NCBI RefSeq assembly: GCF_964355755.1
Contig: NC_092673.1
Coordinates: 10,946,948-11,010,947 of the forward strand
Length of the DNA: 64,000 nucleotides
Source: Antedon mediterranea
Taxonomy: Eukaryota > Animalia > Echinodermata
Reading direction: 5' to 3'
Notes under the pieces: generated by a model
What the model saw: the letters and a program-made list of their open reading frames with translations, nothing else
Databases searched by the model: none
Told to the model about the DNA's origin: nothing
Program-made: the position numbers and the translations under genes
Shown here: positions 53,201 through 64,000 of the stretch, in pieces
Position numbering within the stretch: the stretch's first letter is position 1
Layout of the letters: the number at the start of each line of letters is the position of its first letter

Positions 53201-56200
53201 ACCTCCTATTTTTGAATGACGTCAGAGTTGCGCAACGTGACTTGTGCGCGATTTTATGAATTTCAATGATTGATCATAGACTAAAAACGAAACATAATTT
53301 TGTTTTGACACTTTGTGAAAATTTAAGTCACATCAAGCGCAAACTTCCTATGGATTAAAAATAGCATGTTTCACAAAAAGTTACGCGCGCACGCGCGTTT
53401 AAAATTTTAGAGTGCGAAAAATCAACTTTCATGTCATTTTGAGCATGTCAAAAATTCCCACGCGCGCGAAACTTTTTACGCACGCGGTGCACACTTAGAG
53501 TTAAAAACATATTTTTTTCGCGTGATTCATGTTTTTTCAGCCTTTTATAGTAATGTTACCAACCTTTAAACAATTTCGACTTAAAATTACGTCATACGAG
53601 CACGTCGAATTAAATAATTTGCACGCGTTTCTGGTGAAAAAGTTCAAAAATTCGTCAAAATTATGCCTATTTTTAAACAGTCATAGATTCTAAACTACAT
53701 GGAGAACTTTTTTTTAATTACATATTCTGGAAGTTGATGAGTTGTAGATATCGAATCATGCATTAATATGGCTAACCTGACATTGTGACGTCATCGTATG
53801 GCCACGCGAATATAAAATATAGGATTTTTGTCTCTTTCGTCATAGCTCATCACATTTAATAGAGCGCATCTCCACTTATTCGTAGTCGATTTTCACCCCG
53901 ATTTTAATATATTCTAGGTCAATCAACTATCTTTTGCATGAATTAAACATTTTTTAATTTTTTTATCGTCATCATGCCTAAAAATTTAAATTACGTTGGT
54001 CATTAATTTCATCTTTACAGTAAATTTTAATCTGTTATAGCTCGTAAGAATAAAATGTGATAATCAGGATTAAAACGTTTTCAGGAAGCTATTGTATTGC
54101 AGATACAAAATCATGTGAAAATTGTGCCAATCGAATGTTGTGACGTCATCATATGGCAAGTTAAATACAAAAAGTCGTATTTTCATCTTTTGCGTTATAT
54201 TTCATTACATTTAAAAGAGCGCGCATCAATATTTCAAGTATTCAAATTTCTTCTACACGTTAATATGTTGTTGCTGAGATAATTTCATTCTGAAATTTCT
54301 ACTTTTGCATTTCATTTTGAAACCGTCAAGATGTTAAAAATTACAATAAAATACGGGTCCCGTAATTTCACCTATTTTACACTGTTTGTGATATGTATAC
54401 AGATTGTACTGTGTATACTATATGACACAAAATAACAGAATTCAGAAATAACAACATATCATATTCTTCAGTTCAGGTCATAATGCCGTTATTGCTCATC
54501 ACATTCAACAGAGCGCATCTTGCTTAATACGTATTTCATTTCCCCCGAGATTTTAATATTGTCTACGTCCATCAACTATCTTTCAAATGAGTTAGAAATA
54601 TTTTAATTTTTATGACGTCATCATGTCTAAAAATGTAAATAACGTGGGTCACTTATTTTCATCTTTACAGAAAATTTCAATCTGTTATAGCTCGTCAGAA
54701 TAAAAAGTGATAATCATGATTAAAACGTTTTCTGAAAGCTATTGGATTGTAGATACGAATTCATGTGAATATTTTGCGAATCAGATGTTGTGATGTCATC
54801 ATATGGCCAGTTGAATTCAAAAAGTCATATTTTCATCTCTTGCGTAAAAGTTCATTGCGTTTAAACTAGAGCGCATCGCACTTTCACGTGCCCAAAATTC
54901 TTAAAATTTGAATTAATGTAATTATTTAGATAATGATCTTCTAAAATTGTTATCTTTATATGCCAATTTGATGACGTCATCGTGTTAATAATTGGATTTA
55001 AAAGATGGGTCTCGTAATTTCGTCTATTCTACACTGTATATAACATACAGTGTATTCTGTAAACACTGTAATGTGCTGTATGCTACAAAATAGGTACAAT
55101 TCAGCACTGTAAACATTCTTAATTCATGTCATAGGATGGCATAATAATTGTCGAAGTTCATATAGTTTAAAGTATGTGCATGTTGCGTTTGCCCGGATAA
55201 CCCGAACTCGTCAAAGTGACGAGTTCAAATCTAGTTTCCTGTATTATACTTCTTTCCTTCTGTCATTTTTGTGCGTCGCGTTTCTCTAAACCGTGTTAAC
55301 AGAACATATCGTAACTTTGTCAACATATCGACATTTACGTGAACTTGTGCACCTCCTATTTTTGAATGACGTCAGAGTTGCGCAACGTGAATTACGCGCG
55401 ATTTTATGAATTTCAATGATTGATCATAGACTAAAAATCAAACATAATTTTGTTTTGACACTTTGTGAAAATTTAAGTCACATCAAGCGAAAACTTTCTA
55501 TGGATTAAAAATAGCATCATTCACAAAAAGTTACGCGCGCACGCGCGTTTAAAATTTTAGATTGCGAAAAATCAACGTCTAATCAACTTTCTATGCGTTT
55601 CATGTCATTTTGAGCATGTCAAAAATTCCCACGCGCGCGAAACTTTTTACGCACGCGGTGCACACGTAGCGTTAAAAACATATTTTTTTCGCGTGATTTA
55701 TGTTTTTTCAGCCTTTTATAGTAATGTTACCAACTTTTAAACAATTTCGACTTAAAAATACGTCATACGAGCACGTCGAATTAAATAATTTGCACGCGTT
55801 TCTGGTGAAAAAGTTCAAAAATTCGTCAAAATTATGCCTATTTTTAAACAGTCATAGATTCTAAACTACATGGAGAACTTTTTTTTAATTAAATATTCTG
55901 GAAGTTGATGAGTTGTAGATATCGAATCATGCATTAATATGGCTAACAGGACATTGTGACGTCATCGTATGGCCACGCGAATATAAAATATAGGATTTTT
56001 GTCTCTTTCGTCATAGCTAATCACATTTAATAGAGCGCATCTCCACTTATTCGTTGTTCATTTTCACCCCGATTTTAATTTAATTTTTTATTTTTTTTAG
56101 CGTCATCCTGCCTAAAAATTTAAATTACGTTGGTCATTAATTTCATCTTTACAGTAAATTTTAATCTGTTATAGCTCGTACGAATAAAATGTGATAATCT

Positions 56201-59200
56201 CGATTAAAACGTTTTCAGGAAGCTATTGTATTGTAGATACAAAATCATGTGAAAATTGTGCCAATCGAATGTTGTGACATCATCATATGGCCAGTTAAAT
56301 ACAAAAAGTCGTATTTTCATCTTTTGCATTATATTTCATTACATTTAAAAGAGCGCGCATCAATATTTCACGTATTCAAATTTCTTCTACACGTTAATAT
56401 GTTGTTGCTGAGATAATTTCATTCTGAAATTTCTACTTTTGTATTTCATTTTGAAACCGTCAAGATGTTAAAAATTACAATAAAATACGGGTCCCGTAAT
56501 TTCACCTATTTTACACTGTTTGTGATATGTATACAGATTGTACTGTGTATACTATGTACTGTATATGACACAAAATAACAGAATTCAGAAATAACAACAT
56601 ATCATATTCTTCAGTTCAGGTCATAATGCCTTAATATTTTTCTGTGTGCAATATTCTAACGTATGACGTGCATGTGGCGTTTGTCGAGCGGATAACTAAC
56701 TCGTCAAAGTGACGAGTTTCATGTCTAGTTCTTCTTTCTTTCCCTGATTTTTGTGACCAGCATATCTCTATTACTTGTGAACATAACTTTGTATAACTTG
56801 GTAAAAAGATTGACATTGAAGTGTAGATGTGCAGCCAAGCTTTTGGACGATGTCATAGCCGCGTTGCGTAAGTTACGCGCAATTTTATGAATTTCTATAA
56901 CTGATCATAACTATAGAACCAACAAATATTCTTTCATGAACCTTAGTGAAAATTTAAGTCATATCAAGGGCAAACTTTCTATGGATTAAAAATGGCATGT
57001 TTCACAAAAAGTTACGCGCGCACGCGCATTTAAAATTTCAAAATGCGCAAAATTAATTTCTAATCAACTTTCTACGCTGATCATGACATTTTGAGCATGT
57101 CAAAAATTCCCACGCGCGCGAACAAAATTACGCGTAAGGTGCGCACGGAGCATAAAAATCATGTGTTTTTCTCTTGAATTATAATTTTACAGTCTTTCCT
57201 AGTCAATTTAAAAAAGATTGACATCATTTCAAATTAAAATGACGTCATACGAACACGTTGATTTAGACAATTTGCGCGCATTTTAGTTGCAAAAATGACA
57301 AAATATTGTCAAAATTATGCCTATTTTTAATCTATTATAGCTCCTCATGATCATCCATGACCCCCAATTTTTTTTATTTGATATGTAAGCAGATTTGTTG
57401 TAAATATAAATTCATGCAGAATATTTACCCCTCGGATGTTATGATGTCATCGTATGGCCACACGAATGTAAAATATAGGATTTTTTACTCTTTCGTTATT
57501 GCTCATCACATTAAATAGAGCGCATCTCACTTTTACGTGCCCAAAATTCTTCAAATTTGTTCTCTTTATATGTCAATTTGATGACGTCATCGTGTTAATA
57601 ATTGGATTTAAAAGATGGGTCTCGTAATTTTGTCTATGCTACACTGTATATAACATAGTTTATTCTGTAAAATACTGTAATATGATGTATGCTATATAAT
57701 AGGTACAATTCACCACTGTAAACATATGTATTTCATGTCATAGGATGGCATAATAATTGTCGAGGTTCATATGGTTAAGTATGTGCATGTTGCGTTTGCG
57801 CGGATAACCCGAACTCGTCAAAGTGACGAGTTCAAATCTAGTTCTTCTTCTTCTTCTTCTTTCTGTACAAAAAGTTAAATGTCAATGATTACCAAAATTT
57901 CACAATGTCTTTCAAATACTGTAACTTAGTCCTAATAAGCTTTTCAGCGTGATCACTCATCCGTGACGTCATTTATACGCGATTGTGAAATCACATTATC
58001 AATCATATCCTCCATGATTCATTATCACATATTAATAAAATTCACTACACGTAAACTTCAGGTCAAGGGTAAAAATACTAGCAAATAAAAACGCACGCGC
58101 ACGTAGGGTCATGCGCGTAAAATCGCGCGTTAAAAATTTAAAAAGCTCAAAATTATGTTTTGATCAATTTAGAGCATGAATTAGGCCATTTGCGTGTTTT
58201 AAAAAATTACTGCGCAAAAACACGTTTTTGCGCGTGCGTACACAGAAAGCGTAAAAAATACAATTTTTTTGTACAAACTGCATTCTACTCATCTTCCTTG
58301 GTACATCCACCAAATTTGAGTCCATTTCGACTTAAAATAGTGCTATACGAGCACATTAAAAATGATAAAATGCGCACATTAATTGTACAAAAGTGCTAAA
58401 AAGGGTAAAAAATAAGGCATTTTTAAAATGAAAATAATTCTTCAGAATGCGCGGTGACCCCCAATTTTTTTAACTTATTATGGAAGCCAATGAGTTGTAG
58501 ATATAAATGTATATACACATTAGACGTACAAAATTGTAAGACGTCATCATTTGGCTACATGAATTTTTAAAATAGGGGTTTTTCCCCTTTTGTCATAGAC
58601 CACCATATTCAACAGAGCGCAACTCGCTTATCTGTGATCGATTTTCTTTTAATTTTTAATACATTCTATCTCAACCAATTATGTTACTTATGAGTTGCCA
58701 ATATTTTCTCTTGGATGACGTCATCACGTCTTAAAATTTAAATAACGGTGGTTACGTAATTTTACCTACAACGTATATTTGAATACCTTACAGCTCTTCT
58801 GAATTAAAGTTGACCTCGATGTTTATAACTTAGTATGATAGCTGGTGAAATGTAGATATGAATTCATATAAAAATTAAGCCACCTATCGGATGTTGTGAC
58901 GTTATCATATGGCCAGTTGAAGTTAAAAAGTAGTTTTTTCATCTCTTTCGTCAAAGTTATGCCATTTTTAAAGAGTGCGCACGGCCCTTATACGTGCCAA
59001 ATTTTCTTCCAATTTTTATATTTTATTGCTCAATTCATTATCTTTCGATATTGTTATTTACAAGTTTTTTTTGATAATGTCATCAGTGCCAAAAACTTGG
59101 AACATGATGTGTGTCCGTAATTTCACCAATGCTACACTGTACAAGATATACAGTATATACTGTACATAATGTATATGGCATATAATAGGCACAACTCAGC

Positions 59201-59706
59201 ACTATATGCATATAATAGGATGGCATACATCAACATTTTCCGATTGTACGTTAACATACGTGCATGTTTAAAAAATATTAAGGTTTAATAAAATTATTTT
59301 TTATTTTATTTTATTTTATTTCATCATCACCCTACAGTGACCAAACGTCACCATTAACAGGGCTGAAAGTCGTAAAATATAACATATAATATACAAGCAA
59401 AAATCAACAGATAACAAGACAACATTTAAATATTACTGACATTAGACAAAACCTTGTGACGGAAACAAGCAAGGGAATCAAAAAAAATATCAACAGATCC
59501 ATCAATTTTACATAGTGAGTGGTATAACTTAGGCAAACGATTAACAAAACCATTTTTAGTAATATTTACCCTCCCTCTTGATATAGAAAATAAAGCAGGA
59601 TAACGCAATTGATATTGTGGAACAGAAATAGGAAAGTACACTTCAAAATTATTATATTATAAAAATGATCACCTATAATTCGTCAAAGTGACGAATTAAA
59701 TTCTAG
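50270..59706 (+). mobile_element. Nest of six Helentron-like elements; outermost is a divergent type C
   Basis: 5' termini at 50270, 50325, 50392, 51754, 51817 and a clipped one at ~53049. 3' ends at 51753, ~53048 (clipped), 55234, 56728, 57841, 59706. Confidence 0.8.
59290..59650 (-). pseudogene. Short 3' LINE fragment with (AAAAT)n tail inserted in the type C element
   Basis: ORF 59426-59641 (FVNRLPKLYHSL...DIF...FRHKV) resembles LINE ORF2 C-termini; (ATTTT)n at ~59296-59321. Confidence 0.55.
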
Positions 59707-59781
59707 TTGTACTTAATTTTTTATTTATATTTTTATGAATGTTGTGTGAAAAATAAAAGAATCAATCAATCAATCAATCAA
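59707..59781 (+). repeat. Probable displaced 3' tail of the 49130 LINE: AATAAA + (ATCA)5
   Basis: AATAAA near 59752 followed by ATCA repeats, immediately after the nest's last CTAG. Confidence 0.55.
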
Positions 59782-59791
59782 GTGATTTTGT

Positions 59792-60600
59792 TTGAAAGAG
59801 GCTGATCATAAAGATATTAACTTGAATACAGAGAGTCGACGAAATCTAAATGATGTGGTTAAACTATATCCCTATATATGTCCGAGACACAAGAAAACGA
59901 TATCTGCACACATGGAAAGTACACATGCTTTTATCAAATATTTCTTCGCTCATGACCACCTGAACTACGACCGGATCAATTTCAACAGATTACTGAAACA
60001 AATTACAGATATTGGAGTTTATGAGAGGATATGCTGGATTTACAATCAATTGATCAGGGTCATTGAGCGTGGTATCATTGGAATAACAAAATTAATGATT
60101 TCATCAGAGCTGGCAAATCTAGTTGATGAGTTTGAAAGCCAACATTTAAAGAGAGATGATATCCCGATTAATAAAGAAAGCTGCAATTCGCACAAAGGTG
60201 TTTTTTGGCCATGGCATGATGAAATTGGACAGAAAATGTTTGAGGAATTGGTAAAAATCTTGTAGAAGGCAAACTGTCTATAGGGGATCCTAAGAAAAAG
60301 ACGAATATTGGCAAAAAATATATATGACGGTGAATACAGGTGACAAACTTATCAAAGTAAAAGAGGACTCCTATAGAGATTATTTGGCGGTGAAATGAGG
60401 TATTGCAGTACTATTGCCAATTAGTTTCTCAACAAGCTTGTTGGGATCGCAGATCAATCTGTGGAAGCTTGATGGATACAGTAGTAGAAAACGAAGAAAG
60501 GTCAACTTACTGTATCGCATTCAAGATTAGAAATATTTCATTGAAGGACTTTGGCAGAGTTAGTTGTCATTTAACTGAAGAAGTTGTTTTAATATGAAGA
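59792..60600 (+). pseudogene. Decayed transposase-like fragment (possibly AcademX-type)
   Basis: YFFAHDHLNYDR and GIIGIT...SELANLVDEFE resemble a motif set I associate with large invertebrate transposon proteins; family assignment is from memory. Confidence 0.4.
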
Positions 60601-60959
60601 TGTGTACTGTCAGTACTATTAGACCTCCTGATGTTCAACATGTTGTGTTAATAACCATGTTTTTGTCATAAGCATATCATTTTGTGTATTTCAATCTAAT
60701 TTTATTTAACTTACACACGTTTTAATAAAAAATTTAACTCATTTTTTAAAAATGGTGGCCATTTTGAAATTCAAAATGTCAGAATACATTAGGTGTACAT
60801 CCCCATTAGAACTTTTGGGTCAAAATCCTGCCTATCAAAGTTGGACTTATATTAAACACATGTCACAGTAGGAGGTTAAGTGACATTTACCTGAAGTTTT
60901 GAAAAACTTCGGGTAAAAATGAACACATTCTCTAATGGGGCTGTACATGTAAGTACTAA

Positions 60960-61390
60960 TGAATATAGGTTTATAATAATTCTTATATAGCAGAGAACCC
61001 GTATGATGTTGATATCAGTCTGAAAATCAGTGATAGCGTTATTGCACAAAACATGTCTATACAGAAGTACATCATCAGCAAATAAAACACATGGAGAAAA
61101 AACATTAAAACTAATATAATTTACAAAAAGGTTAAAAGACAGGACCGATACAACTCCCTTGAGTTTAATTTCACCATTAAAACAATACACATTGGTATCT
61201 ATTATTAGTTAAAAAAGATCCATTTCCAGAAAACACCTTGTATATTAAAATTAATTGCAAGTTTATGTAATAAAATATCATGGGGAATTTTATCAAATGC
61301 TTGCTCAAGAAATAAAGCATCAGTTACACCAGGGTTACGTTGGTCGAGTAAACGAGTAACGTAAGATTTATAGTTGTGAATCACTCTCAT
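60960..61390 (-). pseudogene. Decayed CR1-like RT fragment
   Basis: AFDKIPHDILLHKL, LFVNYI, LFADD, FQTDIN in ORFs 61205-61390 and 60876-61190. Confidence 0.75.
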
Positions 61391-62453
61391 TGATATATAC
61401 AGTACTGACTACAAATCATGTACCATAACCCTTGTTGTCAAGCGTGTAAAATATGTGTAATTGCCGCATGCCTGTATTTGCCGTGTGAACCATGATGTCA
61501 TCACTTTGCAGCTTTTTACTGGTAAAATATGGAACTCCCGGTATGACACACATGGGTACCAGTTTATTTCTATTGTTTAGGCCTATACTATCATAATTAT
61601 GTAATCTGAACCTGCCCTGTATGCAAGTTTATTTTCTCGCTATAGGCAAACATTAAATTTTAAAAAAGTCTAAAAAATTCATGTAAATAGTTTTTCATCA
61701 GGGTTTTGTACATGTGTTGTTTAGAGTTCGCGTCATATTATTTTATTAATTCAAAGTGAGGTATACAGTGAGAAGTGTCCAACTGGCTAGGCTAGAATAG
61801 AGCTACCTAAGCCCATAAAAAACATATTTAGCGATCTTTAATAGGTCAATTAATAGCCTATATAGTAATATTATAAAATGTTTCCTTGTATTTTCATAAC
61901 TGCAAGTCGAATATTTATTAGCTGATTACAGTAGGATGCTGATGAGAATCTACCAGAGAATGGTCAAGGCGGCGACGTCAGATGTTGAGAGAGCTTAAAG
62001 GACAATGCCTTAAAGGAAAGATTTGCAAGAGGAGTAAAGGATCAAGATGAAATGTAAAGATAAGCCATTCCAAGAGATGAGAGAGGAGACGGTAGAATTC
62101 TTTAGGAATATTGAGAGATTAGGTTGTCAATAACACAAAGCAGAGTGAGATGGAAGCATGGTCTAATGTCAGTAATATTTAAATGTTTGCTCGTACATTA
62201 TATTATATTTTATGTCTTTCATCCCTGTTAATGGTGACACTGTAGGGTGATGAAAAAAAACAAAAAAACTAAATTGAAAGCTGAACTGAAGGCTGCTGTA
62301 AAGGCACAGTTAAATCGCCAGGCTGAGAATGATGGCGTTGCCAGAGGGCTACAATGCAAACCTTTAACCTTCCACGGATGTTTATTTTCACTAGCGTCAT
62401 TATAATTAGGCTGGCGCATTACTTTTAACGAGCGAGTGAGTTGTGACCCTGCC

Positions 62454-62472
62454 GAGAGAGAGAGAGAGAGAC
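62454..62472. repeat. (GA)n microsatellite
   Basis: About nine GA units. Confidence 0.85.
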
Positions 62473-63676
62473 GAGGCCTGTCTGGCAGAGACAGATGAAA
62501 ACCTTAATGCTTTACTATTTATGAGCGTGTTAACTCAACTAGCATTGTTTGATAAGAAACAAAGACAACTGTGTACCAGAGTGAAGTTGGCTCTTGATTG
62601 TTTGGCTACTTGTAGTGGAGCATTGCAGGGGTGCTTTTTTCACAATTAATTATCCTTTTGTTCACATATTCACGAGTTTTGAAATTGTGTTCCAATAAAG
62701 GTCTAAACAGTATACAGTCTTTGGTCTATTCCTTTGACGTATTTGTTTGACTCACGACACATAACTGATTGCTTTTATTGTGATATAAGTGTGAACTTCT
62801 TAGGGTTCCATGGGAATGTCATGGATATTGTGATTAAGAATCCACCACCTTGATGACAACAAATTTGCTGTCATTGTAGCCACTAAATAAGCTGAGTTTG
62901 AACAATAATATTGACCGCCATCTTGAATTTAAAACATAGAAACAAGTGTAATTGATAACAGTTGTTTGTTCCCTTAGAAAATACTATGTATTTTTGTCCT
63001 TCGTGTTAATGCATTGTCCCCCTGAAACAAATTTGTTTGTTGAATATGCCATTTTAATGTAATGTAACATAATAGTTATTCAATTTGAGCAAAAATTTGA
63101 CCGAAAAAAGTATTACCTGAAAAAAACTGTAATTTAAAGCCCAAAAAATGTCAAAATTGGCTGCCAGGCAATGGGGTTTTGGTTGAATTTGACCATTTAT
63201 TTTGTTATTTTCTAAGTGAAAACATTTTTTTTTCTACAGAAATTTATTTATTAAAACTAAAAATGTAAAGGGGTGGGGTCAATACATGTTTAGTAAGTCC
63301 CATAATTTGTGTCACATGAACAACCATTTTCTCAATTTTAATATTATGTTAAATTTTTTTGCGCCGCGGCTCTAGCCAGCTATGTCCCAGGAGGACACAT
63401 TCATTAATAAGCTGTTTCATAGCGGTAGCTTTAGTATCTAATTTGGAAACTCGACTATAATTTATAGGTAGCTGCTGGACCCAAAAAACGTCTGGGAGAA
63501 GAGAGTCTATATGAAAGCCTTTGCTGATAATACAGTATTATTGAGATGTAGACGGAAATCTGTAAAATCTTGTTCAATAAATAAACTTCGTTTTTGCTGT
63601 CAACCAGGCCGGTATTATAATAAATCACTGTCAAATAATCATTCGATAATGGTCAAAACTTTATTTTGGCTCTGTC

Positions 63677-64000
63677 TGTCACATATCTATCTATATCAAA
63701 TATATGTGTGTATGACGTCACAGTCAGGAGTTCCCAGCATGAATAAAGTTACACTCTCCCTCATTGATCTCATTATAGTCGTCTGTCATTTTATTTCTTG
63801 CAACTAATAATTGCAATATATACGTTTAACAACGTCACATGGTGTCAGAAGTGGTGCATTTTATTGTATAAAATAATTTGCAATGGAATCATTCAGGTTT
63901 AAGACCCCTGAAAGTTTTGATTTTGATGGACCAAGCATTTCCACGCAGTGGAAACGATGGAAGCAGCGCTTCGATTTATTCATGACAGCCACCGATTCAA
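63677..64000 (+). mobile_element. Left end of a Ty3/Gypsy LTR retrotransposon (LTR start uncertain)
   Basis: LTR-like end ...GTCACA (63839), AATAAA at ~63742, primer-binding-site-like TGGTGTCAGAAGTGG at 63840, followed by gag. Confidence 0.75.
63883..64000 (+). CDS. Gypsy-type Gag N-terminus (runs off the window)
   Basis: MESFRFKTPESFDFDGPSISTQWKRWKQRFDLFMTATDS, with the W-x2-W-x3-F pattern common at Gag starts. Confidence 0.75.
   Translation, partial: MESFRFKTPESFDFDGPSISTQWKRWKQRFDLFMTATDS

Noticed and set aside
61400-63500. Possible exons or a piggyBac-like element
   Set aside because: No recognisable protein motifs, and no convincing TIR or TTAA pair.

Overview
AT-rich, repeat-dominated eukaryotic (animal-like) DNA. 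About 60% of the window is one family of ~1.1-1.6 kb non-coding, Helentron/HINE-like rolling-circle elements. Their 5' end is TT + subterminal inverted repeat (subTIR) in a hairpin; their 3' end is subTIR + ACTCGTCA-AAG-TGACGAGT hairpin + CTAG. The copies are not a simple tandem array. They sit inside each other's T-rich tract ~40-70 bp from the 5' end, forming same-orientation 'Russian-doll' nests whose ends pair like balanced brackets: 9 copies at 11406-26189 and 6 copies at 50270-59706. The subTIR sequence co-varies between matched ends. Other content: a canonical TC...CTAG Helitron, several MITEs, decayed LINEs of several clades, a tRNA-headed SINE, a recent BEL/Pao LTR element lacking RT/RNase H nested in a LINE, and the start of a Gypsy element at the right edge. 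The only recognisable host coding sequence is one intact 151-bp exon of PIG-K/GPI8 (32323-32473). All calls are from reading the sequence by eye; no searches were run.
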